Below are positions 31,711 through 41,855 of a stretch of DNA of 64,000 nucleotides, one piece after another. The notes beneath the pieces were generated by a model, which was not told where the DNA came from, ran no database searches, and was given only the letters and a program-made list of their open reading frames with translations. The stretch covers positions 457,528 through 521,527 of the forward strand of contig CAVRYE010000012.1 of NCBI GenBank assembly GCA_963725355.1, read 5' to 3'. The DNA comes from an uncultured Acidimicrobiaceae bacterium. GTDB lineage: Bacteria; Actinomycetota; Acidimicrobiia; Acidimicrobiales; Bog-793. How positions within the stretch are numbered: position 1 is the stretch's first letter; each line of letters opens with the position of its first letter. A program made the position numbers and the translations under genes.

Positions 31711-33141
31711 GTGGTCCGTCTGCCAGCGAGCCAAGCTGAGCCGGCGCAGTACGACATCGTCATCATCGGCGGCGGCCCGGGCGGGTACGCGACCGCCCTC
31801 TACGGCGCAGCCGCGGGTCTGTCCATAGCCGTGGTCGAAAAGGACAAGGTCGGGGGCACCTGCTTGCACAGGGGCTGTGTCCCCGCCAAGGAGTTCCTCG
31901 AGACGGCGTCGGTGTTCCGCACCGTCGGGGGGGCGAAGGAGTTCGGCGTACAGGCGAGCCAGCCCGTCGTCGAGTTCTCGACGAGCCAGGACCGCAAGAA
32001 CCAGATCGTCGACCAGCTCTTCAAGGGGCTCTCGGGTCTGCTAAAGCAGCGCAAGGTCACAGTCGTGACTGGGACCGGGCGGCTGCTCCCGGGCAAGGTC
32101 GTCGAGGTCACGGCCCCCGACGGCTCGCTCAGCAGACTTGAGGGAGCCAACATCGTGCTCGCTTCCGGTTCCGTGCCCCGGGTTCTCAACGGCTTCGAGG
32201 TGGACGGGCGCTATGTGCAGACCTCCGACGAGCTCTTGGACCGGCGCGACCTGCCCCGTTCGGCGGCGGTGATCGGTGCCGGGGCGATCGGGTGCGAGTT
32301 CGCCTCGATGCTTTCCGACCTCGGCGTGCACGTCACGCTCCTCGAGGCCCTTCCCAAGATCCTCCCCGGGTGCGACGAAGACGTCGCCAACGTCATCGTC
32401 CGCTCGTTCAAAAAGCGCGGGATCACGCTTCGCACCGGCGTCAGCGTCACCGGGCACGAGCCCGAGGGCGACCACACCTCGGTCGTCTTCGCCGATGGGG
32501 AGAAGCTCGAGGTCGAGATGATCTTGATGTCGATCGGCCGCCGCCCCCTCTCCGACGGGCTCCTGGCCGAGGGCACCGGTGTCGAGCTCGACACCCGTGG
32601 ATATGTGCACGTGGACGAGTGGATGCGCACTGGAGTCGAGGGCGTCTTCGCCGTCGGCGACCTCGTCGCGACACCCCAACTTGCACATGTCGGCTTTGCC
32701 GAAGGGATCCTCGTCATAAAGCAGGTCCTCGGTGAGAAGGCCGTCCCGGTCGACTACGCAAAGGTTCCCTGGGCCATCTACTGCCATCCCGAGGTTGCCT
32801 TTGTCGGCATGACCGAGCAAGCGGCTCTCGAAGCCGGCCTCGACATCGTGACAAAGCGCGACCCCTTCGGCGGCAACAGCCGTGCCCGCATCCTGGGCGA
32901 GACCGACGGCCTCGTCAAAGTCATCTGCGAGAAGAACCAGGACGGGCGGGCGGGCCGTCTCCTCGGCGTGCACATGGCCGGTCCCTGGGTCACAGAGCAG
33001 CTCGGTCAGGCCTACCTGTCAGTGAACTGGGAAGCCACGCCGGACGAGATCTCGCAGTTCGTGCAACCGCACCCGTCTTTGTCCGAGACCTTCGGGGAGA
33101 CGGTTCTGGCACTTACGGGAAGGGGGCTCCACGTTGCCTGA
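31711..33141 (+). CDS. lpdA: Dihydrolipoyl dehydrogenase
   Basis: GGGPGG, GGTCLHRGCVP redox motif, GAGAIG, HPSLSE. Confidence 0.95.
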   Translation: MVRLPASQAEPAQYDIVIIGGGPGGYATALYGAAAGLSIAVVEKDKVGGTCLHRGCVPAKEFLETASVFRTVGGAKEFGVQASQPVVEFSTSQDRKNQIVDQLFKGLSGLLKQRKVTVVTGTGRLLPGKVVEVTAPDGSLSRLEGANIVLASGSVPRVLNGFEVDGRYVQTSDELLDRRDLPRSAAVIGAGAIGCEFASMLSDLGVHVTLLEALPKILPGCDEDVANVIVRSFKKRGITLRTGVSVTGHEPEGDHTSVVFADGEKLEVEMILMSIGRRPLSDGLLAEGTGVELDTRGYVHVDEWMRTGVEGVFAVGDLVATPQLAHVGFAEGILVIKQVLGEKAVPVDYAKVPWAIYCHPEVAFVGMTEQAALEAGLDIVTKRDPFGGNSRARILGETDGLVKVICEKNQDGRAGRLLGVHMAGPWVTEQLGQAYLSVNWEATPDEISQFVQPHPSLSETFGETVLALTGRGLHVA

Positions 33142-34591
33142 CATCACGATGCCGCAGCTCGGTGAGACGGTGACCGAGGGGACGATCATCCGCTGGCTCA
33201 AAAAGGTGGGCGAGCCCGTCGCCCACGACGAGCCCCTCTTCGAGGTCTCGACGGACAAGGTCGACTCCGAGGTCCCGTCCTCTGTGGCGGGCTACATTTC
33301 GGAGATCCTCGTGCCCGAGGGGGCGACGGTCGACGTCGGCACGAAGCTGGCCGTGGTGTCCGAGTCGCCTGCGGCCGGTCACAACGGCACTGCCACACCT
33401 GTTGCTGCGCCCGAGGCAGCAGCACCCGCGCCAGTGGCACCCGCGCCCCAGCCTGCAGCGCCCTCCGCGGCTGGCCCGGCAGCCCAAAGCGTTGCGCTCC
33501 CGCCTGAGGCCGAGGCAGTGCTGGCCGGTGTGCCTGCCGTGCAGGAGGCCGAGCTTGCAAGTGACCAGGCGCCCGAAGCCGCCTTTGGCGAAGAAGGGAC
33601 CGAGTCGAACGGCAAGGGCATGGTGCTTTCCCCTGTCGTCCGCCAACTTGTCGCCGAGCACGGTATCGACCCCGCCACGGTGCCGGGCACCGGCAAGGGC
33701 GGCCGGGTGACGCGCGCCGACGTGCTCGCCTTCATCGACCGCCAGGCCGCCGCCGGCGTGGCGAGCCCGCCGACGGCTACCACGCTCCGGGCGACTGCGG
33801 CTCCGAGCCGTCCCCAGGCCGAGACAGCCCTTGCTCCCGCGTCGCCAGGGGTTGGCTCCTACTCGGCCTCCCAAGGACCACGCGACGAGGTCGTGCCCTT
33901 CACCAAGATCCGCCGTCTCACCGCTGAGCACATGGTCCGGTCGAAGGCGACCTCGGCCCACACCTTGGTGGTGATCGAGGCCGACTACGAGGCGATCGAG
34001 CGGGTACGGGCCAAGCACAAGGACCGCTTCCGGGCCGAGGAGGGGATCGGGCTCACTTACCTCTCCTTTGTCGCCCGGGCCGTCGTCGACACCCTGCACG
34101 ACTTCCCGGACCTGAACGCCTCGGTGGGAGAGGACGCCCTCGTCGTTCACCGTGACATCCACCTCGGCATCGCCGTCGACCTCGACCAGCGCGGGCTCAT
34201 CGTCCCTGTCGTGCGCAACGCCGAGACCCAGTCGCTGCGGGGGCTCGCCCGTGCCATCGCCGAGCTCGCCGAGCGTGCCCGTACCCGCAAGCTCTCGGCC
34301 GACGACGTCGTAGGGGGCACGTTCACGATCACCAACCCGGGGCCGTTCGGGACCCTTATGACGGCGCCGATCATCAACCAGCCCCAGGTGGCGATCCTGT
34401 CCACCGACGGGGTCAAGCGTCGGCCCGTCGTCTTGACGGCGCCGGACGGGACCGAGGCGGTCGGGATCCACTCGGTCGGCCTGCTCGCCCTTTCCTTCGA
34501 CCATCGAGCGGTGGACGGCGCCTATGCCTCGGCCTTCCTGCGCGCCTTGGCCACGGGCATCGAGTCACACGACTGGGAAGCCGAGCTTTGA
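33134..34591 (+). CDS. dlaT: 2-oxo acid dehydrogenase E2 (dihydrolipoamide acyltransferase)
   Basis: MPQLGETVTEG...STDKVDSE lipoyl domain, E3-binding GTGKGGRVT, FDHRAVDG. Confidence 0.88.
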   Translation: MPDITMPQLGETVTEGTIIRWLKKVGEPVAHDEPLFEVSTDKVDSEVPSSVAGYISEILVPEGATVDVGTKLAVVSESPAAGHNGTATPVAAPEAAAPAPVAPAPQPAAPSAAGPAAQSVALPPEAEAVLAGVPAVQEAELASDQAPEAAFGEEGTESNGKGMVLSPVVRQLVAEHGIDPATVPGTGKGGRVTRADVLAFIDRQAAAGVASPPTATTLRATAAPSRPQAETALAPASPGVGSYSASQGPRDEVVPFTKIRRLTAEHMVRSKATSAHTLVVIEADYEAIERVRAKHKDRFRAEEGIGLTYLSFVARAVVDTLHDFPDLNASVGEDALVVHRDIHLGIAVDLDQRGLIVPVVRNAETQSLRGLARAIAELAERARTRKLSADDVVGGTFTITNPGPFGTLMTAPIINQPQVAILSTDGVKRRPVVLTAPDGTEAVGIHSVGLLALSFDHRAVDGAYASAFLRALATGIESHDWEAEL

Positions 34592-36286
34592 GCGAGGTCG
34601 GGCGTGAGCTTCACGTCCGCTGGCTCGGGCGCGTTCGCTACCGGGACGCCCTCGCCCTCCAGCACGCCCTTCGCGCCGGCGGGTCCGAGTACCTGCTCTT
34701 GTTGGAGCACCCGCATGTGTACACCCTCGGGGTTCGGGCGAGGGCCGAGCACGTCCTCGTCGATCCCGACTCGGTCGGCGCCGAGCTCATCCACGCCGAT
34801 CGGGGTGGCGATGTCACCTACCACGGGCCAGGCCAGCTCGTCGGCTACCCGATCCTCAACGTCCGCCTCGGCCTCGGCGCGGTCCCAGCGCACGTGCACG
34901 CCCTCGAGCAGCTCGTCATCGACGCCCTCAGCGATCTCGGCATCTCCGGCGCGGGCCGACTGAGCCGTTACCCGGGCGTCTGGATCGACCCCGACGGCCC
35001 TGAGCCGAAGAAGATCTGCGCTGTCGGCGTGAGGATCGACAGGGGACGCTCGATGCACGGCTTCGCCCTCAACGTCGAGCCCGACCTCGCCATGTTCGGC
35101 CATATCGTGCCCTGCGGCCTGAGCGACCTCGGCGTCACCTCGATGGCCGAACAGGGAGTGAAGGTGGCAATGGAGGAAGTGGTCGAGGCGGTCGTCCGCC
35201 GCGCCCTCGAACAGCTCGCTCCCGGCGCCACGATGGAGCGCCAGGACTCCTCGTGGTGGCCAGGCCCGCCCCGAGCGGCGTCGCCGTCTCATTCCCCTGA
35301 CGCCGCGCGCTCTGACCGCGCCCTTGACCGCCGCCTCGTCGATGCTGGAGTGGACCCGGCCCGTGGGGTGGCCATCTCGGCCCGCAAGCCCTCCTTCGCG
35401 AGGGCGCAGGCCAAGATCGGCCCGGAGATGGTCGCGCTCCGCGCGACGATGCCGCGAGCTTGCCCTCGTGACCGTCTGCGAGGAGGCCGGCTGCCCCAAC
35501 ATCTTCGAGTGCTGGGCCGACGGCACTGCGACGTTCATGATCAACGGTGAGCGGTGCACGAGGGCTTGTGGCTTCTGCCTGATCGACACGAGGCGCCCGC
35601 TCCCTCTCGACTCCGAGGAGCCTGAGCGCGTCGCCGAGGCAGTGGCGCGCATGAGACTGTCCCACGCCGTTGTCACCGCCGTCGCCCGGGACGACCTCGC
35701 CGACGGCGGGGCGATGGCCTTTGCCGAGACGATCTCGGCTATCCGCCGTCGTAGCCCGGGCACCACGGTCGAGGTGCTCATCCCCGACTGCAAAGGTGAC
35801 GAGGACGCCCTCGGGATCATCTTCGAGGCCCGCCCCGACGTGCTCAACCACAATCTCGAGACGGTGAACCGCCTGCAGCGCGCTGTGCGGCCGTCTGCCT
35901 CGTATGCTCGCAGCCTGTCGGTGCTCGCCCGTTCCGCAGCTTTCGGGCTCACGACAAAGTCCGGCATAATCCTCGGCATGGGTGAGACCGCCTCCGAGGT
36001 CGTGGCGGCCCTGGGCGACCTCCATGAGGTCGGGGTGCAGATCGTCACCCTCGGCCAGTACCTGCGCCCGACGGCCGCCCATCTTCCCGTCGCGCGTTGG
36101 TGGGCCCCGGCCGAGTTCGAGGAGCTGGCGGACAAGGCGAGGGCGATGGGCATCGCCTATGTCGAGGCGTCGCCCCTCACCCGATCCAGCTACCACGCCA
36201 AGCGTGCGGTCGGTTCGACTGCTCCGGTCGGCCTGAGCACGCCCGCAGCTCGCGAGCGTGTCGTCGCGGGAGTCGAGGTGTCATGA
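34588..36286 (+). CDS. lipA: LipB-LipA fusion (octanoyltransferase + lipoyl synthase), frameshift near 35450
   Basis: LipB motifs LLEHPHVYTLG, RGGDVTYHGPGQ, HGFALN, IVPCG followed by LipA N-terminus RKPSF; after the shift TVCEEAGCPNIFECW, CTRACGFC, RSSYHA. Confidence 0.85.
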
Positions 36287-37431
36287 GCCCCACAGTCCCA
36301 TCGGGTGAGGAAGAGGCCGGGCTCGCCCGCGCGGCACGCTTTGCAAGAGTGCGCGAGCAGATGAGGGCGCTAGGCATAGACGCCCTCTTGCTTTCCCTCG
36401 GGGCTGACCTGCCCTGGCTGACGGGCTACGAGCCGATGCCTCTCGAGCGCCTCACGATGCTCGTGCTTCCCGTAGACGACCAGGCCACCTTGGTCGTCCC
36501 CGAGATCGAGGCACCACGAGTCGCTCATGACCCGCGGCTTTTCGAGCTGCGCCCCTGGTCCGAGCACGAGCAGGCGAGCGAGGTCGTCGCCGCCCTCGTC
36601 GGAGGAAGGACGCGCCTAGGCGTCTCGGACCGTTGCTGGGCCGCGCACCTCCTCGAGCTCGAGGCGGCCCTGCCGCGAGCCCATTTCCAGTCCGCCCGGG
36701 CGGTGGTCGGCCCTTTGCGGGCGGTTAAGGACGCCCAGGAGATCGCGGCCATCGCCGCGGCAGGAGCTGGCGCCGACGTCGTTGCCGACGCCTTGCTCGC
36801 CGGTGAGATAGCCCTTATCGGCCGGACCGAGGCTGAGGTGTCCGCCGAGATCTCCAGGCGCCTTCGCGAGGCCGGGCACGATCGGGTGAACTTCGCCATC
36901 GTTGGCAGTGGCCCCAACTCGGCCAGCCCTCACCACGAGGCTGGGGGGCGAAGGATCGGCCCGGGTGAGGTCGTCGTGTGCGACTTCGGGGGCTCGCTCG
37001 CTCTCGACGATGGCGTCGGGTACTGCTCGGACATGACCCGGACGGTCGTAACGGGCGAGCCGGAGCCCGAGTTCGCCGAGCTATACGAGATATTGCGCCG
37101 TGCCCAGGCCCTGGCTGTCTCGGCCGCAGTCGTCGGTGCCACCTGCGAAGAGGTCGACCGCGCCGGGCGGGACCTGATCGCAGCCGCTGGGTACGGCAAG
37201 TTCTTCATCCACCGCATCGGCCACGGCATCGGGATCGAAGAGCACGAGGATCCCTACATGGTGGCGGGCAATGCCACACCGCTCGTTTCGGGCCACGCCT
37301 TTTCCATAGAGCCCGGGATCTACCTCGCCGGTCGATACGGCGCCCGCATCGAAGACATCGTCGTCGCAACCGACCAAGGCCCGCTTTCGTTCAACCGAGC
37401 CGATCACGATCTGGTCGTGGTCGAGGCCTGA
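36283..37431 (+). CDS. Xaa-Pro peptidase (M24)
   Basis: PNSASPHH, YCSDMTRT, HRIGHGIG, SIEPGIY, RIED. Confidence 0.92.
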   Translation: MSPTVPSGEEEAGLARAARFARVREQMRALGIDALLLSLGADLPWLTGYEPMPLERLTMLVLPVDDQATLVVPEIEAPRVAHDPRLFELRPWSEHEQASEVVAALVGGRTRLGVSDRCWAAHLLELEAALPRAHFQSARAVVGPLRAVKDAQEIAAIAAAGAGADVVADALLAGEIALIGRTEAEVSAEISRRLREAGHDRVNFAIVGSGPNSASPHHEAGGRRIGPGEVVVCDFGGSLALDDGVGYCSDMTRTVVTGEPEPEFAELYEILRRAQALAVSAAVVGATCEEVDRAGRDLIAAAGYGKFFIHRIGHGIGIEEHEDPYMVAGNATPLVSGHAFSIEPGIYLAGRYGARIEDIVVATDQGPLSFNRADHDLVVVEA

Positions 37432-37508
37432 GGGACATTCGCCTCCAAGTGGCCTCGGCACCGCCTTCCCGGCTCGCTCGCCGGGGCCTTAGAAAGAGAG
37501 GGTGAAGC

Positions 37509-38238
37509 ATGGATCTCGGTCTTGAAGGGCGCGTCGCGGTCGTGGCGGCGTCGTCCAAGGGCCTCGGTCGGGCCTCTGCCGAAGCACTTGCCGGCGAGGG
37601 CGCCCGCCTCGTCATCTCGGCCCGGCACAAGGAGGCCCTCGAAAACACCGAGGCCTCACTTAGATCACGGGGCGCCGAGGTCGTGTCCTTGTGCGCAGAC
37701 GTCACCGATGAAGCGACACCCGAGAGGCTCGTCTCGCTCGCCCTCGAGCAGTACGGCCGCCTCGACGTCGTCGTTGCCAACGCCGGCGGGCCACCGCCCG
37801 CCCGAGCGCTCGATGTCGACGACGAAGCCATCCTGGCCGCCGTGCAGGCGAACCTGTTAACGAGCGTCCGGCTGGTGCGCGCTTGCCTGCCGCACATGCG
37901 CGAGGCGGCGTGGGGGCGTATATGTTGCATCGCCTCGTCGACGATCACGGAGGCCAACCCGACCTTGGCTCTGTCAAACACCGCCCGCACGGGCCTGTGG
38001 GCGTGGGCCAAGACAGCCGCCGCCGACCTGCCGCGGCAGCGGGATCACCCTCAACCTCGCCTGTCCCGGCTACCACGCCACGGACCGCATGATCGAGCTC
38101 GGCATGGCCGCCAGCGGGCGGCCCATGGGCGACCCGGCGGACTTCGGCAAGGTGGTGGCCTTCTTGTGCTCGGAGGCGGCGGGCAACCTGAACGGCACCA
38201 GGGTCGTCGTAGACGGTGGGGAGTCGCTGGCGCTTTGA
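37509..38238 (+). CDS. SDR oxidoreductase (frameshift near 38035)
   Basis: ASSKGLG, NAGGPP, SNTAR; continuation GITLNLACPGYHAT...VVDGG in another frame. Confidence 0.8.
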
Positions 38239-38322
38239 GCGAGGCGGTGTTGCCACACGAAGGCGGGTGCCGGCCCGGTAGCCTGCGGTGATGCAAGGCC
38301 GTGACCTTCGACTGGAGCAGCC

Positions 38323-39198
38323 ATGAACGAGCCAATGCAGCTCTACCGGCTCACAGACGAGGCCGCCCCGCCCTCTCCCGTGCTCGTCGTCGCCCTCGAG
38401 GGCTGGGTCGACGCCGGCCTTGCCGGCGCAGGAGCGATGACGGCCCTGCTCGAGGAACTCAACACCCGCGCCTATGCCGTGTTCGACTCCGAGGAGCTGT
38501 TGGACCATCGAGCGCGGCGCCCCAAGCTAAAGATCGTCGACGGGATCAACGAGGATCTCGAATGGCCGGAGATCGCCGTCCATGTGGGCACCGACCCCGT
38601 CGGTGCCGGCGTCGCCCTTCTCACCGGTCCCGAGCCGGACCTTAGATGGCGGGGCTTTGCCGGCGAGGTAGCTGACTTAGCCCTCGCCCTCGACGTCCGG
38701 CTCATGGTCGGCCTCGGTGGATTTCCGGCCGGGGCGCCCCACACGAGGCCTGTGAAGCTGGCGGCGACGGCTTCTGATGCCTCCCTCGCCAAACAGGTGG
38801 GCTTCATCCCGGGCGGCATCGAGGTGCCTGCCGGGATCCAGGCGGCCATAGAGCGCTCTTGTTCCGAGCGGGGCATCCCTTCGGTCGGGCTGTGGGCGAG
38901 GGTGTCGCACTACGTGGCCGCCATGCCGTTTCCTGCCGCCTCGCTCGCCCTCCTCGACGGCCTCGCCGGGCTCTCCGGGCTCGTCATCGACACCGATTCT
39001 CTTCGTAAGGAGGCGGAGTCGGCCCGGGTGAAGGTCGACGAGCTCATCGCCCAGAGCGCCGAGCACCAGGCCATGGTGCGCCAGCTCGAGGAAGAGATCG
39101 ACGAGCTCGAAGGCACGACAGGCGGTTTCGACGACAGGCGCGTCCCTTCTGGCGACGAGATCGCCGCCGAGCTCGAGCGCTACCTGCACGGGCTCTAG
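38323..39198 (+). CDS. PAC2 family proteasome assembly chaperone-like protein
   Basis: LEGWVDAG, DHRARRP, GPEPDLRW, PHTRP, VSHY, SGDEIAAELERYL. Confidence 0.88.
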   Translation: MNEPMQLYRLTDEAAPPSPVLVVALEGWVDAGLAGAGAMTALLEELNTRAYAVFDSEELLDHRARRPKLKIVDGINEDLEWPEIAVHVGTDPVGAGVALLTGPEPDLRWRGFAGEVADLALALDVRLMVGLGGFPAGAPHTRPVKLAATASDASLAKQVGFIPGGIEVPAGIQAAIERSCSERGIPSVGLWARVSHYVAAMPFPAASLALLDGLAGLSGLVIDTDSLRKEAESARVKVDELIAQSAEHQAMVRQLEEEIDELEGTTGGFDDRRVPSGDEIAAELERYLHGL

Positions 39199-39225
39199 GG
39201 CCCGCCGGGTCGCCCTCCTTTTTTT
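39197..39225 (+). terminator. Probable intrinsic terminator
   Basis: AGGGC...GCCCT stem followed by a T7 run right after the PAC2 stop. Confidence 0.45.
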
Positions 39226-39317
39226 CGCCCGCCAGGGCGCCTGAACTCGTCTGACCAATGCTATGTTCAATATCGGATGGCATTAGTCATCATTTCGCAT
39301 CTGACGAGGGGGCCCCG

Positions 39318-39809
39318 ATGAGCGTCACTGACGAGCTGTTGCAGAACAACGCGGCGTATGCCGCCTCTTTCGACAAAGGGGACCTGCCCCTGCCGCCCGC
39401 TAAGAAAGTGGCCGTTCTCGCCTGCATGGACGCGAGGATCAGCCCCTATGGCGTGCTCGGGCTCAAAGAGGGCGATGCCCATGTCATCCGCAACGCCGGC
39501 GGGGTCGCGACCGACGACGCCATCAGATCCCTCGCCATCTCGCAGCGGCTCTTGGGTACAGAAGAGATCGTCCTCATCCACCACAGCGACTGCGGGATGC
39601 TGACGTTTTCCGACGACCAGTTCAAAAAGCAGATCCAGGACGAGGTCGGGATCAAGCCCCCCTGGGCAGCCGAGGCCTTCGGGGATCTCGACGAGGATGT
39701 CCGCCAATCGGTTGCCCGCATAAAGGCGAGCCCATTCATCCCGAAAAAGCAGTCCGTGCGCGGCTTTGTCTACGACGTGAGCGACGGGAGGCTGCGCGAG
39801 GTCGTCTGA
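39318..39809 (+). CDS. Beta-class carbonic anhydrase
   Basis: CMDAR, IRNAGG, HSDC zinc motifs. Confidence 0.93.
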   Translation: MSVTDELLQNNAAYAASFDKGDLPLPPAKKVAVLACMDARISPYGVLGLKEGDAHVIRNAGGVATDDAIRSLAISQRLLGTEEIVLIHHSDCGMLTFSDDQFKKQIQDEVGIKPPWAAEAFGDLDEDVRQSVARIKASPFIPKKQSVRGFVYDVSDGRLREVV

Positions 39810-39920
39810 GGCTTGAACAAGCCCGCCGCGGGGTATGTCGGTTCTTCAGCCCGGAGCGACCCGGCCGCGTTGTCCAGGCCGAGTCGTGCCCCAGCCGCTT
39901 GGAGCGGGAAGGAGGAGGAC

Positions 39921-40295
39921 ATGACGGGACTTCGAATCCAGTGCCTATGCGTCGACGCCGTCGACCCGGCGGCGATCGCCGCCTTTTGGGAGGCCGCTCT
40001 TGGCTGGCGGCGCACTCACGAGGAGCCCGACGAGGTCGTGCTCGAGCCACCGGAGGAAAGTGCCGAGGACGGGGTGTCGCCCGATCTGTTGTTCTTGCGG
40101 GTGCCTGAGCACAAGAGCCTTAAGAATCGTCTCCACTTAGACCTTCGCCCACTCGACCAGGAGGCCGAGGTCCGCCGCCTCGAGTCTCTCGGTGCCAGGC
40201 GTGTCTCGGTCGGCCAGGGCGAGGAGGCCACCTGGGTCGTGCTGGAGGACCCGGAGGGCAACGAGTTCTGCGTGCTGCGGGCCGTGACGGACTGA
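39921..40295 (+). CDS. VOC/glyoxalase family protein
   Basis: FWEAALGW, KNRLHLDL, DPEGNEFC; strong GGAGGAGG RBS. Confidence 0.88.
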   Translation: MTGLRIQCLCVDAVDPAAIAAFWEAALGWRRTHEEPDEVVLEPPEESAEDGVSPDLLFLRVPEHKSLKNRLHLDLRPLDQEAEVRRLESLGARRVSVGQGEEATWVVLEDPEGNEFCVLRAVTD

Positions 40296-40305
40296 TCCGA
40301 GCGGA

Positions 40306-41046
40306 TCAAGCCCGGGCGGCGAGCACCTCGGCGGAGGCTTTGACGAGGCCCACGAACAGCGAGCGGTTGTCGTCTGCCTCGGGATGCCACTGCACGCCTA
40401 TGAGGAAGGGCCGCGAGGACCGCTCGATGGCCTCGATCGTGCCGTCGTCAGCCCATGCGACAGCGCAGAGGCCGTCGGCCAGGCGGTCGATCCCCTGGTG
40501 ATGGTGGCTCGGCACGTTCCGGGCCTCCCAGTCGAGCGCCCTTTGAAGCGAGCTGTTCTCATCGACATGGACCCGGTGCAAAGCAAAGGCGCCGGGGGTC
40601 GGGTTGTGGCCCTCGTGGCCGACGACCTCTGGAAGGTGCTGGACGAGAGTCCCACCGTGGGCCACGTTCAGCAGTTGCATTCCCCGGCAGATCGCCAGCA
40701 GCGGCAGCCCGCTGCGTTCCACAGCCGCGATGAGCGCCAGCTCGCGGGCATCACGCTGTTGACGGGGAGTCTGGGAACGGGGGTGGGGCTCCGCGCCGTA
40801 GCGGGCCGGGTCGACATCAGGGCCGCCGGTGAGAACCAGGCCGTCCAGGCGAGAAACGAGTGCGTCGAGGGCGTCGTCGTTCTCATCTTGGACGGGGAGG
40901 ACGACCGGGCTCGCCCCGGCGTCCGCGAGCGCGTGCACGTAGTCGGAGGGAACGAGGGTGGCCTGGGTGTTCCAGTGGCCCCACGAGGCGGGCTCGTCGT
41001 AGGCGGTGATCCCTATGACCGGCCGGGCGCCGGGGCTCGGTGCCAT
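40306..41046 (-). CDS. Gamma-glutamyl-gamma-aminobutyrate hydrolase family (PuuD-like, peptidase C26)
   Basis: RPVIGIT, GGPDVDP, ICRGMQLLNVA, HHHQ, VQWHPE. Confidence 0.9.
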   Translation of the reverse strand: MAPSPGARPVIGITAYDEPASWGHWNTQATLVPSDYVHALADAGASPVVLPVQDENDDALDALVSRLDGLVLTGGPDVDPARYGAEPHPRSQTPRQQRDARELALIAAVERSGLPLLAICRGMQLLNVAHGGTLVQHLPEVVGHEGHNPTPGAFALHRVHVDENSSLQRALDWEARNVPSHHHQGIDRLADGLCAVAWADDGTIEAIERSSRPFLIGVQWHPEADDNRSLFVGLVKASAEVLAARA

Positions 41047-41819
41047 CAAAGGGGCGTCACGTAGGCGCCGTTGATGCCGCCGTCGACGAGGAAGGTGCTC
41101 GCCGTAATGAAAGAGGCGTCGTCGGAGGCGAGGAAGCAGGCCGCGGCGGCGATCTCCTCCGGCTCGGCGAAGCGTCCCATCGGGATGTGCACAAGGCGGC
41201 GGGCGGCGCGTTCGGCGTCCTTGGCGAACAGCTCGCGCAAAAGCGGTGTGTTCACCGGGCCCGGGCAGAGGGCGTTCACGCGAATCGACTGACGGGCGAA
41301 CTGGACCCCGAGCTCGCGCGACATCGAGAGCACGCCGCCCTTGGACGCGGTGTAGGAGATCTGCGAGGTTGCAGCGCCCAGTAGGGCCACGAACGAGGCT
41401 GTGTTGATGATGCTGCCCCCGCCCCGCTCGAGCATGATCGGGATGGCCGCCTTGCAGCACAGGTAGACGCTTGTCAGGTTCACCTCTTGCACCCGGCGCC
41501 AGGCAGCGAGGTCGGTCTCGAGGATCGAGTCGTCCTCGGGCGGTGAGATGCCGGCGTTGTTAAAGCAGATGTCGAGGCCGCCGAAACGCTCCAGGGCCGC
41601 GGCGTACATAGCCTCGACGCTGTCGGGATCGGTCACCTCTGCGTGGACGTAGAGGCCGCCGATCTCCTCCGCGACGGCCGTGCCGGGGCCCTCGGCAAGG
41701 TCAGCGACGACAACATGGGCACCCTCTTTGGCAAAACGGACGGCACTTGCCCGCCCGATACCGCTCGCCGCCCCGGTGATGACGGCAACTTTTCCCTCGA
41801 GCCTTCCCGGCATGGTCAT
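41046..41819 (-). CDS. SDR (3-oxoacyl-ACP reductase-like)
   Basis: TGAASGIG, NNAG, YTASK, CPGPVNT. Confidence 0.9.
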   Translation of the reverse strand: MTMPGRLEGKVAVITGAASGIGRASAVRFAKEGAHVVVADLAEGPGTAVAEEIGGLYVHAEVTDPDSVEAMYAAALERFGGLDICFNNAGISPPEDDSILETDLAAWRRVQEVNLTSVYLCCKAAIPIMLERGGGSIINTASFVALLGAATSQISYTASKGGVLSMSRELGVQFARQSIRVNALCPGPVNTPLLRELFAKDAERAARRLVHIPMGRFAEPEEIAAAACFLASDDASFITASTFLVDGGINGAYVTPL

Positions 41820-41855
41820 CCTCCGATGGTATTTGGTACTCGAGGCGAGCTCGTC

